Assembly: GCA_015680685.1 (NCBI GenBank) | Contig: MNCI01002312.1 | Location: 288,655-352,654, forward strand | DNA from: Gnetum montanum | Lineage: Eukaryota > Plantae > Gnetophyta | Reading direction: 5' to 3' | DNA: 64,000 nt | Shown here: positions 24,176-37,681 of the stretch, piece by piece | Layout of the letters: each line of letters opens with the position of its first letter | How positions within the stretch are numbered: the first letter of the stretch is position 1 | Notes under the pieces: generated by a model | Databases searched by the model: none | What the model saw: only the letters and a program-made list of their open reading frames with translations | Told to the model about the DNA's origin: nothing | Translations under genes and position numbers: made by a program

Positions 24176-25174
24176 TGCATCGCATCCCTAGCATCCACCA
24201 GCACTAGATACACATCGAACGAGTGGGCGCAACGCTAATGTGTGGGTGGGATTTCGTAGCTCTGGAACATGGGTCATGATGCATTGAGAATGAAATCTGG
24301 AACATATGTGGTGCCACCACCCTTGGTATCATGCTGACCCTCCAAAGATGTCGTATGACATTACACTAGCCCTCCGAACCTACCATCACCACAACCCATC
24401 ACCCTAATGATGGTTCCTAGGCTAGTTCCTGCATTTGGAGTTCCAGCAGTATCATGACCCAGTCACGATGTTGTTACTCTAGCTCCCTACCAACACCTAG
24501 GCTCACATGACATTAGCTATGTGGTAGCTGATCCCATAGCTGAACCAAAAATGCAAGCCCCTAATAGGGATTCCAGAGCATCCGCACCTGTAACACCTCT
24601 TGGCGCCTTGGAGACCAACTCCCCTATGCCAATGCTGTCAAGGCCACTGCTGGCCTTCCTACTTTGGACATCATACACCAGCAACGATGTCCAATAGCTT
24701 TAACAATGCAAGAAACTAGTAAAACCTTTGCCCCCAACTACACATCTCGCAACAATAACAAATGCTATAGTGTCGCAAAGCGAGTGCCTCGGCTAGCTTA
24801 GCTACTTCAGAGTGCAAATTCCATGACGTGCCTAACGCAACTCGCTGCATGGAAAGCATTTGTAGGCAGGTCAAAACCCTTCATAGATGTAACGCAACTC
24901 ATCCTATGAAGGAAACACCTGTCCTACGAGAGGTTGAAGAATAGTGGCAGCCAAAGATGAAAATGAAAACGAGCCCCTTAGAGCACTCCGATGAGGGACT
25001 TTGCTAAACATCATCTATGCTCTTTGCCTTAACCTTTGCAAAACAACTGCAACACTCTCAAGTGCATCCGAGCAATGTCTAGACACCCACCGAGCGACAA
25101 CCTTAGCATTTTTCCTGCTACGGTGTTTCATATTCTTTGCTGATGTCTATTGAGCCTATTCTCCAGACATCGAC

Positions 25175-25185
25175 AAAGAGGGGCC
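25175..25185 (+). other. Polypurine tract
   Basis: aaagaggggcc immediately before the 3' LTR; equivalent tract at 61974-61983 on the minus strand. Confidence 0.85.
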
Positions 25186-25187
25186 AA

Positions 25188-26933
25188 TGAAACATCCCAA
25201 AAAATGCGGGATCATTCTTGCTTTACCAGGCCTTGCAATTCGCGCAGCACCACAGTAGGTCTTCAGGAGGAGAACATTCTGAGTTCAGGCTAGCTAGTTT
25301 AGCAAATTTTCTATTTTAGGTGAAAACAGGCTCTACGAGTCATCCTAGCTGTCCACCTACGTAGCACGCCGAGCCGACAACCTACTTAGAAATGGTGCAT
25401 GGAGTTGGAAGTAGCATTCTGGATACACGAAATAGTTCATCAAATTTTCTAACTCATGAAGTTTGCTACGCTACACTACACCTCGCGATGTAGCACAGCA
25501 AGCTTGAGAAGACGATTGTAGAATGGAGCGCTACGCTACGCTACGTCACATGACATAGCGTAGCATGGCAATAGCTTCACAGCCAGTCCCCATGCCTAAT
25601 TTTAAGTCCTTCAGCAATGTCTCTTTCTGTTAAGAAACAGTGGACCATGTCTGCTGCTATGCTACAATAAGCTACAAGGTGCAGTGAGGCATAGAAATCT
25701 TGTGGAAGAGATAGAAGGTAGCTTAAAGGAGGACGGAATCAGCAAGTTTGCAAGTCGCACGGAAGCAAAGTTTGCAAATCGGCAAAGCTTTCATGACTAA
25801 GGCTAGTTGCTATGCTATACTACACTATGTAGCGTAGCATAGCATAGCAAGCATGCAACACATATGTAGCGAAATGCACGACAAGGTGTTATGCTATGCC
25901 AAGCATGCTCTACTACAAAGCATAGCGAGGCATACGGGTGGTTGTGCGACATCAATTCACTTCATCTAATTGGACCATTAGCACACGTCTCCAGATGCTA
26001 ACGACATAATTACAACATGGTAGGCTCATAGTTATGGCATAGCAGGTTCGCATTACAATGGTCTTTTCGGTCCAACGGTCATACATGATACGTGTGGCGC
26101 CAGTAAGTCAACGTGGGCCTGGGGCACGTGGCATCCAAACCGCCCCTTTCAGGTGCCCTCTAGCTCTATAAATACATCGATGAACAACATCCAAAGGGTC
26201 CAAGAATTTTCTAAAAAATTGCATTCAAAAAGGATGGACTATATTTGGCTATTGGGAATTCTCGGGAAAATGGCATTCAAAGTGCTCAAATTTTTCCAAC
26301 AAGCAGCATTCAAAGAGTTCCAAGATTTTTTGGAGTCTTCAAATTTTCATCTCTCTGGCACTCAAGTTCTCTTCTCAACACATTGTAGCACTGAGCATTA
26401 TAAGCTTTCTGTTTGACACTGCAAACAGTTAGCACCTTTAGCTAACATTTTTTCTTGTCTCCCTTTCTACCACCTTGGTAGAATCCCCTGCATTGTCAAC
26501 ATCCAAAACCACACACAAGTGCATAACCTATTCTTCTCTACACGTCCTAGTTACTCTCAGGATCTTTGCACTCCGCCATGATTTGCAATTGATTGTATCC
26601 ACATTGATAGAGCAAGCTTGTAGCTTCGGAGCAGTGCATTTTTCTAACCATATTTTACATTATTTTTTGTTTATTGTTGCGTTTTTACACTATTTTCTTC
26701 TTCTTCTTCATTTACTTTCAAGAATTACTCCACATTTCCATTCTTGTTTCAAAAATATACATTGCAAAAGGCTATATAGCCATCAATTAAGTCCCTGTCT
26801 AATCGACCAAACCGTTCAGGGTGTCCCGTATCTACACACACCCAACACAGCCTTCCCACGGGTATGGGGTCTAAACTATCGTGCCCGTCAACCCCTTGAT
26901 GTTTTTCAGCCACCGACGTTTTTGATCCTCACA
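25188..26933 (+). repeat. 3' LTR of inner Tat element (1746 bp)
   Basis: Direct repeat of 4969-6700; followed by TSD TGGAT. Confidence 0.95.
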
Positions 26934-29900
26934 TGGATGAGGAAACAAACCTTAGTTGGGCTAACCACGATCTCCCCAAGATTAGGTTAAACCTAGGCAT
27001 CTCTTCTACCATAATAAATATTGCGCTAGTGGAAAATTGGTCCCTTGCTATGAGGTTGATGGTAACATTCCCCTTGACCACAACATGTGCCCCATTGAAT
27101 GACTTTAAACATGAGGTTGCTATGGGCTTGATTTGATCCATGAAGCCCAACTTGTCCACTATTGGGAATGGTCTCACATTGGTAGCAGCCCTATCATCAA
27201 TGTGTACTCCATGAATCTTATATCGACCTACTTGAATTATGATAAACATGGGGGCAATAGTCACTTGACCTTTTTTAGGGTAATCTTTGATGGCTTTGTC
27301 ATAAAATGTTAAATGGGATGGCTGTGGTTCTTTAGCCACAGAGGGAAGCATAACAGCGTGGACAGCTTTCTCTTTGGCTAGCATGTTTTCACTAATAGAA
27401 ATAGATGCTAACATGCGAACCAAAGCCTCACGATGTGCTGTAGAGGTTATTATTAAGTTGTACAATATTAATGTTTTGTTCTTTTGTTTCAAGGCCTATT
27501 TAAACCTATGAAAGTACATTTAGGAAGTCTTGGCCACTATTTTATTGTTTGCTAACCTTTTCTTCTTCTATGCATCCTAGAAGACGAATCTCCCAAGGGG
27601 GAGTGGCTTTGGGTTAGATAGTAAGTTCTTTTAAATTAGAGGATGACAGTTGCATGTGTGTGTTACCACCAGTGGCTAATGATGAAGAGGTCATGGGAAT
27701 TTTGAACAATGGGGTGGGCTTAGGGGGGCCCAATGTAGTGTGTTCTCTAGCCAACTTATCTGCTAGATGTTCCTTAAATGAGGAGGTTGAGACGCAGTGC
27801 TTGTCACTCGACTTTGGGTAGTAGGGGAACTTGCATGCTTTAGCACCCTGATAAAAAATGGTGCCTGTGTTTTTGTAGTGGGAAATGATACAGTTTTAAG
27901 TACAAAAGGTGCAGCAAATGTCTATGGAGAAGCTTTAATGACAAAGGGGGTTTGCAACCTGGTTGTTGTTGAAGCTTCAACATTGTGGACCAGGGGTTAC
28001 ATGAACCACAAATGACTCATGCTGTGATTCTACATTATTGTCAATGCCAATGGCATTGATAGTGTAACCTACATTATTTATGTTCACAAGATCTTTGTAA
28101 ACATTCATAGATTGGTTTTTAGATCAAACAAGACTTCTCTCATCTAGGACTAACTTATCCTAATCAATCAATCGTTGGATATCATCTTTCAATGCTAGGC
28201 AATAATCTATATCATGCCCATACAATTAATGATAATTGCAAAAATGCTCTAGCCTGAAGTTCTTGGGTACTAGTGGTTCATTAGGCATAGCCAAGGAGGG
28301 GTCTCGAAGGACTTCACAATACCTTTGATGATGCTTAAGGGCCTCCTCTTACATACATTTATGTTGGATGTGCCTAGCTCCCAACAATTGACTCAGAAGC
28401 TCCAAAGGCTTAATTGGTAATCGAGTATATTTTGAGTGATCCTTGCACTCAAAATTTGGTCTTGGCTAAGTTTGCACTATGGGTGTTAATGCCAAGGGCT
28501 AACTAGTGCTACTAGAGTTGGGCATTGTGTTAGTGGAGGCTGTGGGTGTTGTGGCAATATTTTTGCTATTGTTGGACTCAGTCTCATTAGCCATAGTGGC
28601 CACCGTGGTTGTTGTGCCCTTCCCCTTCTCTTTCTCTTTTTTTGTATGTGTGTCTTTATAGGCTACATAGGCTGGATCTCTACTAGCCTCTGTCACATCT
28701 TGAATGCTTTTAGTTTGAGCGAATACTTGGCTAAGGGAACGTGGAGCCAAATAATATAGTTTGGATTTGATAAAATCATTTATTGCTCCTTTGAAAATAG
28801 CTAGCAAGTGGGCCTCAGCAAGTGGTTCTCGTATTTCATTTAGAGTAGCACTCCAATGTTGTATGAACTTTTGTACGGATTCTAATGGCTCTTGTTTAAC
28901 ACTCATGAGCTAATCTAAAGTGACTTCTGATTTCAAGTTATAGTTAAAATGAGTCACGAACTGGCTTAGCAATTCTTTTAATGTTGAGATAGAAGCATAG
29001 GGAAGCACGTGGTACCAATCTAAGGCCTTGCCTACTAGGGACATGGAAAAAACACAAATGATGGTATGGGGCCAAGATTGTAGTAACAAGGATTCAGACC
29101 TAAAAGTGGCCAAGTGGGCATTTGGATCACCTTCCCCATTGTATTTTGTAAACTGGGGAAGTTGTACCCCAGGGAGCAATGTAAACATGGGAACAACTAG
29201 ATTGATTGGGTCATCTTAGTAGAAGTCTATGACTTGAACGATTTTAGAAATGGTGGCTTTCAGTCATTTAATTACTTCGGTGATGATCTAGATGAGCTAG
29301 AAGGCTTGGTCTAGACCTAAGGGTGTTACAGTGGATTGTGAAGCTACTAGAGTAGCCATCACTGGTGGCACTGTTGGTGTGGCTGCCAGTCCTATTGGGG
29401 GTGCTATCAGAATAACTCCTACTAGTGGTGTTGTTTGAGTAGCCCACAACCCAGTGGGTGGTACTGCTAGAGCAGCTACCATTGGTGGCACTGTAGGGAT
29501 GGTTACCTGCCTAGTTGTTGGTGTGGCCCATAGCCTTGTGTTTGGTTGCATTGCATGTGACACTTAGTATGTTTGGGGCTATGCATATTATGGCATGTGA
29601 GACATTTGAGCCACAGGAAAAGAGGTCGTTGGTGTCCACCATGCAGTTGAGGTTGGGTCCACTATTGATGCTGGAATTAGTGTAAAGGAGGGAATAGAAA
29701 CAAAACTTACATGCAATTGTGACATGGTCATGGTGTGCACGTATGGAAGTGTGGGCATCATAGATGTTGGGTGTGGGACTTGGATAGATTGGGAAGGATG
29801 ATTAACGAGAAATGAGCTTGAAGGGCCTGCATGTTGATATGTTGACAACATTTAATGACTATCCATCACCAAAGAGGGTTTGGGTTGTGGTAGTTTCATG

Positions 29901-30412
29901 ACAGTAGTGAAAGAGGTGGAAGATTGTGGCTAGTGTGAATGAACGACAGAGGTGGTAGGAACTATTGCATAGATTAGACCACCACCTTCAGAGTGGGAGT
30001 CTAACTCCTCTTTCCCATCATGGAGAGGTTCATCATAATGTGATGTTGTGTCCCATTCTCTTGACTTACTTAGTTGCAAACTTTTGGCTAAGAGCCATTG
30101 GAAAGTTTCAGTAAGTGGGATAATGGTGTTAGTAGTGGGAATGAACTCCCTTACTTTCTAGTGGATGATTTCAAAGTTATGTTTTTCCTTAAACTCATGA
30201 TGATCCAATGGTATATTTTCTTGGATCTTGGCACATAAGAATTTATAGTGCTCTTTGTCATTAGGTAGATGTTTAGGCAATTGATACTACAGTCTAAGGG
30301 ACTACCACTATACTCGCATTGGGTTGGGCAGTCACTTGGGATCTACCATGTGTGGAACAGATTAGGATGCCTCCAAGTTCAAGGTGGGAACTGAAGTGGT
30401 TGCAGGATTCAT
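26934..30412 (-). pseudogene. gag-protease of outer Tat element
   Basis: FTKYNGEGDPNAHL..GKALDWY; EAHLLAIFKGAINDFIKSKLYYLAPRSL; HGVHIDDRAATNV..NLILGRSWL; colinear with 7389-10880. Confidence 0.9.
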
Positions 30413-30620
30413 CTTTCTGATATGAGAGAGGTGTAAGAAAAAAGAGAGGATAGATACGTGTAAGAAATAGTTAAAAAAGTACATTTGGTATTAAACAGTA
30501 AAAGTCTAAAGTTCCAGAGAAAATAGACTAAAACTGGGGGCATTTGGAAATGCTGAAGAGCTAGTTTTTTTTGTTGTTGCTCTTGCTACGCTAAGAGAAA
30601 CTGCTACGCCAACATGGCCA

Positions 30621-30960
30621 CTACGCTACACAGAACGGAGGTAGCATAATGTAGTAGACAGGTAGCGTAACACAGTAGGTAGTTTGGGAACCGCTACACT
30701 GACAATGTCACTATGCTACACAGAATACAGGAAACGTAATGTAGTAGATAGGTAGCATAACATAGTAGATATTTTAGGAACTGCTACATTGATAGGGTCG
30801 CTACACTACACAGAACGTAGGTAGCATAATGCAGTAGACAGGTAGCGTAACATAGTAGATAGTTTGGGAACCGGTACATGAACAGGGTCGCTATGCTACA
30901 CAGAATGCAAATAGTGTAATGTAGTAGACAAGTAGTGTAACACAATAGACAGTTTGGGGC
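30621..30960 (-). repeat. 90-bp tandem repeat (about 4 units) in the 5' UTR of the outer element
   Basis: ctacgctacacagaa..taatgtagtagacaggtagcgtaaca units start at 30621, 30711, 30801, 30891. Confidence 0.9.
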
Positions 30961-31149
30961 TTTCATCCTACAGATTTCCAAAGGAACTATTGTGGTGACC
31001 AATCTACACCACCTGGTGCATAAAAAACCATAGGGGTGTCACGTATACGCTAGCAAGCTACTGGTGATGGGGTACAAACAACATGTAGGATTACCTATGA
31101 GACATAGAAGAGAAATAGAGGTTTAGGCCCTCCTTCTAGTGTCAAAAAT

Positions 31150-33405
31150 TATGATGTTTCAAAACATCAGTGGCTAGAACACTGAGAGGTTATCAGGCGT
31201 ACAGCCTAACCCCGGATCCATGCAAGGGCTATGTTGGAGAAAATAGAAATGGGGTTCCCTGAATAGTCTGGTCAATCATTCAGGGACTTACGTGGTGTAC
31301 AATAACTATATGCAAATAGTAATTTTAAAATGCAACATTCTAAGGTTGAAATTGAAGAAAACATGGGGTGCATGACAATAGAAAAGCATCAAAGCATGTA
31401 ACTAGGATAATAAGCATGAATAGGTACACATGAATGCAACATATATGCTATAGAAAAAATGGAATGAGAGTTTAGGTGAGGGAATGCACCACCCCAAAAT
31501 TATGGAATCTAATCTTTGTATGACTAATGAAAGTGTACAACTGGTGTGTAGTACTAGATAAGCACAACTGACAATGGAATGATATGGTCATAGCTCTTGG
31601 ACTACTACCAATGGGATGCTAACAAGAACCAATGAGCTGATGCTTACTGGACTAAGAGCTACTATTCTAGGTTGAGAAGAGATCTGGGAAGTGCTACTTC
31701 TGGGATTTTCTATTTAGCAACCTTTTGTTTTCCAATCTCTTTGTCAAATCTTACTGCAAGAAGCCAACTCCCAAAATTCAATTGCCAAAAGCCAACCTTT
31801 TGAATGTTTTTTGTTGGGGTATTTATAGAGCCAAGAGTGGGAAGAAGATGTGGTTTGGACACCACATGTATTGGGTCCCACAGGGCACAAACATGGATGT
31901 GCTATGTTGGCGTGTGGTGCTATGTTGATGTGCTACACTAAATGGAATAAGGCTGGAAGTGTAACCTACTAAGCTATGACCATATCATTCGGATTGCATG
32001 TACCCAAGGTATTGCCATATTTTTACAAAAAATGCTTATGAAAAATGTAAAGTGAAGCTTACACTTTGGGACTACATCTTCCCCTCTCTTATGAGTAGGG
32101 TCAAGCATAGAGACAATTTTGGGACTTGACAATGGATGCAACAAGCAAAGAAAAATGCTGATCTCAGATGTCAAGGAGATGCTGGGGCAGAAATGACCAT
32201 GGACAACAAGTCTTGGAGCTTCTAGAGATTTCCTATGGCTTCTTTTCAAGTGTTACACTACTTACGTTTTTTAGCATAGTGGAGTAGCATGAAGACCTAC
32301 TCGCTACGCTATGCTACGTTGCATAGTGTAGCACAGTGTAACATCCACCTTTAAGATAAGTTTTGCTCAAAAACTGAAAATAACCCTCTAAAGCTTGGAA
32401 AGCCAAGCTATTTTAACAACCAACCATTACACTTTTCATGTTAAAGAATCCTAAGAGTTCCTGGCTTCATCATTGGGGCACCTTTTATCTTGTAGGTTCT
32501 TGCTATGCTGTGCTACGCTATGTAGTATAACATAGCGTAGAAGCTAGTTTGGGATGAATTTGAACTACAACCTGCAATGTTTTGTCAGGAGACTTTGATT
32601 GGGACCTAAGGATGAAGTGGGACAGGCAATCTTGGAAGTCAAATCATGGTCAAGTGCAATTATTTTGGTAGAAAAACTTGAGAAAATACTTTCTTAGTGG
32701 TGGCATCCCACTACGTTGTGCTACACTGTGCAGCATAGCATACCGTAGCACCTAGATTCGGGTGGCTTTTGCAAAATTTGCCTATGTCACATTGATCACA
32801 CTTCAAGGGTAGAGCAAGGCAAGCATCCTTGAAGATCAAAGAATGGTCAAGTGCATTTTCTCTGTTAACACAATTTCAGGGAAGATTATATTACGATTGG
32901 CACCCTGCTACGTTGTCCTATACTATGAAGCATAGCACAGCGTAGCGCCCAAAATGGGATGACTTTTGCAACATTTTCCATATATTTTCCATGCTACGCT
33001 AATCATATTTCAAGGATGAAGTAGGGTAGGCATCGTTGGGAACTGATTATCTAGCAACTACATCTTCTGCATCTGATCTAACACTTGCAATAGTTTTTAT
33101 CACCACATGGCCTGCTACACTATGCAGCATAGCATAGCATAGCAGGCCTCATAGTTAGAAAATTTGCTAAATTTTTTATTCCATCCTGAGTGCCTCTTTT
33201 GTGCAAACTAGCCTCATGACTAGGTTCTGCATTGATTGTGTAGCAGAGGATGGCAGGTAGGCTTGGAAGTGGCTTCATAGGCATCAGGACTTCCAGGGTG
33301 CCATGTTGTCTACACGGTCCAACGTGACACCATGCTTGTAGAGATCCTTGCCCAAATTTTGGAATTATGCTGAATCATGAGAGTCCCAAAATTTATGGTG
33401 TTTCA
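31150..33405 (-). repeat. 5' LTR of outer Tat element (~2.26 kb)
   Basis: Begins tgaaacac (reverse complement at 33398-33405); 3' end aligns with the inner LTR end; adjacent PBS; TATA as tatttata near 31820. Confidence 0.85.
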
Positions 33406-35874
33406 AGTAACATCCCTATGCCTTATGATCTTCTTATTTTGATTATCCCAAAATCAATAACCAAAATCATTAGATCCATAACCAATGATAAAACACATTC
33501 TAGCTTTAGGATCAAGCTTATCTCTATCATTTGAATCAACATGCACATATGAGACATACCAAAAAATTCTGAAATGTCAAATATTTACCTCCTTCATAGT
33601 CCATACCTCCTCTAATATTCAAAACCCCAATGGAGCTGAAGGATCTCAATTAATGAGATAGGTTGTTGTGTTAACTACATCTACCGAAAATTTCTTTGGT
33701 AACCTAAAGTGTATTCTCATGCTTCTAGCTCTTTCATTCAATGTTTTATTCATCCATTCAATGACGACATTTTTCTCTAGAATTCTTGGAATTATCTTGA
33801 TCATCTTGATCCCATTTTCTAAATAGAAATTCTTGAATTCTTTACTATCATATTCTCCTCCATTATCTGACTTCAAATTTTGATCTTCAAACCAATCTAA
33901 TTTTCTACTTTAGCTTTCCACCTTTTAAATATAGCAAATACATCAGATTTATTTTTAAGAAAATAAACCCACACCTTTTTGGTGGAATTATCAATGAAGG
34001 TGACATAATATCTCAAGCCTCCAAGAGACTTTACTAGAGCTAGCCCACATACATTTGAATGCAACAATTCAAGCTTTTCAATCTATGATGTCCTCCCTAA
34101 CTTTGAGAAAGTAACCCTTTTTTGCTTTCCATAGACAAAATTTTCACACAAGCTAACATCAATAGACTTAAAATTTGGTAACTTCCCCTTTGAAGCTAAC
34201 AACTTCATATCTTTCTCACTCATATGCCCAAGTCTTTAGTGCCATAAGATCAAATCAACACCATATTCAACAACTGCCACTATATCTTTCTTTGCTATAA
34301 TCATGTACAATGTTCCCACCTTACTGCCTCATGCAACAACCAAGTTTCCCTTGGTTATCTTTTGTGACCTACCTTTGAATGTTGTTATATACCCATCTAA
34401 ATCCATTTGGCTCATGGAAATTAGATTTTTCTTGAGTCTAGAAACATGTCTGACATCTTGCAATTTCCACTACATCCCTTGGGAAGTCTTTATTTGAACT
34501 TCATCCTTCCCCACAATATCCAAAGTTTCATCATCTATAACATGAACCTTTCCAAACTTCCCTACAACATAATTGGGTAATAATTCCTTACAAGGAGTGG
34601 AGTGGAGTGAAGCAACTAAATCCAAAATCCAAGATTCAATAGGACTATCCACATAATAGATCAAAGCATCAACAGTAATCTCCTTAGTTGCATTTTTTGA
34701 TTCATCATCTTAAGTTTGATTTTTTTTCTTCTTTGGTTCTTTGCATTGATTTTTAAAGTGACCCTTTTTATCACAATTCTAATAGAAAACTTCCTTGAGA
34801 TTTTAGATTTTCTTTTGCCTCTTCACTTCGATATACCATTACCATGGTTTTAATCATAGTCATTGCTCCTACCTCTACTTTTTGTATTCAAAGTAGACCC
34901 TAAGGATTTTCTTGACTCCCTTCTATGAACATCCTTACTAAGAATCAACTCTCAAATATCATTCAATTTTAATTTTGAATTACTAGATGAGCTACTCACT
35001 GCAGTCACTATTGCAACCCAACTCTCTAGCAAGGATGATAGAAAAATCAACGTCTTGATTTCATCATCAAAGGTAATCTCCACTGAACTCAATTGACTAA
35101 TAATCACATTGAATTCATTGATGTGATATATGAATAATGCAGCTTCACCAATATTCAAATTGAGCAACCTATGCATCAAATATACATTGTTTGAAGCATA
35201 TGGCTTTTCATACATGCTTGACAATGTCTTCATCAAACTTATTGTTGTTTTCTCATTAACAATGTTGAATGCGACATTTCATGCCAAAGTTAATCTAATC
35301 ATATCATGTTTGGAAATCTAAGAGATCCCAATCTTCTTGTTCCATGGTTTTTGGCTTCTTCTGAGAGAAGGGTTCATGTAGTTTCTTCTAGCACAGATAA
35401 TCTTCAATCTACATTTTCCAAAATCTGAAATCTTTGTAATCAAACATGTCAATCTTAACCTTCCCTTCCTCCATCACTTCCACTTTCCTTCATCAAGAAC
35501 TTGGCTCCAATACTAGTTGTTAGGAATTGAAATAGGAGAAAAAGGAATAAAAGATCACAAATAAACACACAAAATAAGAAAGATTTTATGTGGTTTAGCT
35601 TAAATTTTCCTATGTTGATAGCCACACTAGGATTTTTATTGATTTCTAAGGTTTCATAATGATACACTCATTCTCCACTAAAGGAAGGCACATTAAACCT
35701 ATATATATAGCTAGGAGTTTCAAATTTCCAAACATAAATAGCTAAATTTTCTAATTTTCCTTTCAAATTAATAGCCAATGAATTTAGCTTGCTGCATTTT
35801 AGCCTTCCAAATTAATAGCTAGAAATTTTAGCTTTCCAAAAATGAAGAGAAGAAATCAAACTCCATTCTTGACA
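33406..35874 (-). mobile_element. Ty1/Copia element (Tork/Tnt1-like gag), 5' half: LTR 35518-35874, decayed tRNA-Met PBS, gag-PR-INT 35474->33406, interrupted by the outer Tat element
   Basis: MEEGKVKIDMFDYKDFRFWKM*IEDYL; LSSMYEKP; SWILDLVASLH (PR); KSDNGGEY..ERARSM (INT); cut at KIIRHRDVT. Confidence 0.88.
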
Positions 35875-37505
35875 TCTAATTCCCCCTTGCTTTTCCTTGC
35901 TTTCACATTGTGTCCCCATCACGTTGTCCTCATGATTCATGATGATATTGTTTGAATCTAGATCCACATATTGATCTCATTCAATGCTTTCCATTTTTTG
36001 TCAGTGCCTCATTTTTAGCAGCTTCCATTTCCAGCCAAGATATTTGTTAAGCACATGTATCAATGAGAAACTGGGGTAGCATAGCTACTTATTAACCACC
36101 TTTGATTTCTTGATTGAATCTCTAAGACTATCGTTATTTCCTTTCAAGTCTCTTCCATGATCATTTTTCTATTCACTTATTCCAAAAGATTATTGTTTAT
36201 TTGGCTTCATGAGGATTTTCCCACTTTACACTTTAATTACATTGGATCTAGAAGCCTATTCTCTTTTTAAATCTAATATTCAATATATTCCATATCCCTT
36301 GTAACTCTTATTATCTTTTTACATTTATTTTCTAAATCCTTAGCCTGTGCATTTAGGTAAGGGTGTTTTGCTAACACACATGTTATTGGTTCATGCTATG
36401 TTATTTTGTTTCAAATGCATTACTCAAATTTGACTTGTTTTCAATAAAAACATGGCTCAGATATTAGCTTTCCCAATGACCTAAAAGTCACCTTTACATT
36501 TGAGGATTTTTTTTTGAACTATTTGATGGCTATAGAATACCTGACTCATTTTATGTAAGGTTGTTGCAAATTTGAATTAGGACGATTTTGATGATTTTCA
36601 CTGCTAAAACCTACATTCAATTTATTATTTGGTTTCCTTACCTATAAATTGAGACAAATGCTTTGAAGAAATATCAAAATTTGAGCATCCTCTCTATATC
36701 TACCTATTATGTTAGAATTTTCAGTATCTCCTTGTATATTCTTAATTCATATTATAGAATTTCTATGTTGTAGTATTTCTTAGTGAGTTCTAATTAGCAA
36801 CTATGTTTGTGTGTAATTGTTATATAAATTAGCCTCAATTCTAGTTCTTTTCATTTATTGATCATAATTATTTATGTGCTTTGTAAATTGATACTTTGTT
36901 GCATGGCTATGGCATTGCATATTCTCTAATTCTTAATCATGAAATGATGTCTCTTTGGATCTTGTAAAGTTTCTAAATTTTTGGTAGGTTTGTAAGGCCT
37001 TGAGTGATTTCTGAAATGGTAGAAGTTATTTTGACTAGTTTCAAACCATTTGTCAAGGTTGTTTTATGCCTGGCTCTTGTGGTAAAGGTTGTTAAATCTG
37101 AATTCATGAGAAGTTGGCAAAATTTCGGTAGCTAATTCTTCAATTCATAGTGTAATGTATATTCTACCTACCCAAAACTTACAAGGAGCACAAGAGAGTT
37201 AAGAGTTACCAAGTTCATTTAGTATGAACCTTGGATGTTACTAATAATTCTTAGTAGACCTTAGTTGTTACAAAATATTAGGTTAAAAAGAATTAAAAAA
37301 GAAGTTTGTGATTATGTAAGTGTTGTGGACACTTGCTTTCATAAGCTTTTCTCATAGGCTTACCCATAATTTCCTCTTGTATTCTTAAGACTAACAAAGG
37401 TTTGTACAGGATTGTAAGCTGAGTCTTTCGAATGAATGCTGATACCTTAACTTTGTTATGTGGGTGATTGTACATTTGAATCTCATCATGCTCATATAAT
37501 AATGA

Positions 37506-37654
37506 GGCATTAGTTTAGTGGTAAGACACTTAATTTGGAAACTTCACAGGTCAAGGGTTCCATTCCAATTGGAATTTCTAAGTTATATAGAGTTCTAAGT
37601 AGACTATATATCTTGGGATGTTCTTAAGTTTCACTTATTAAAGGAAAAATAAAA
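37506..37654 (+). mobile_element. Putative tRNA-derived SINE remnant
   Basis: Box A-like tagtttagtgg (37511-37521), box B-like ggttccattcc (37556-37566), A-rich tail; related copies at 37666-37681+43066-43147 and 47380-47488. Confidence 0.5.
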
Positions 37655-37681
37655 TGAAATGAAACATGATTTGGAAGCTTG

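Larger units (their letters stand above)
4969..26933 (+). mobile_element. Full-length inner Tat/Ogre-type Gypsy LTR retrotransposon (~22 kb including a 3.3-kb nested insertion)
   Basis: TG..CA LTRs 4969-6700 and 25188-26933; TSD TGGAT at 4964-4968 and 26934-26938; PBS, gag-PR, RT-RH-aRH-INT and PPT in order. Confidence 0.95.
1..33405 (-). mobile_element. Outer Ty3/Gypsy Tat/Ogre-type LTR retrotransposon, present as 26934-33405 plus 1-4968; pol and 3' LTR lie left of the window
   Basis: 5' LTR 31150-33405, tRNA-Asn-type PBS 31128-31144, minus-strand gag-PR 30412->26934 continuing at 4968->4668 across the TGGAT duplication (..RFVSSSIH*EIHLPYVGGEVV..), then the same spacer cassette as the inner element. 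Confidence 0.9.

Noticed and set aside
35875-37500. PPT-like tract next to the Copia LTR and a possible transposase remnant
   Set aside because: No convincing protein motif or matching terminus found by eye; left unannotated.
37506-37580. tRNA gene
   Set aside because: Box A/B-like motifs present but no cloverleaf or acceptor stem; better explained as a SINE remnant.
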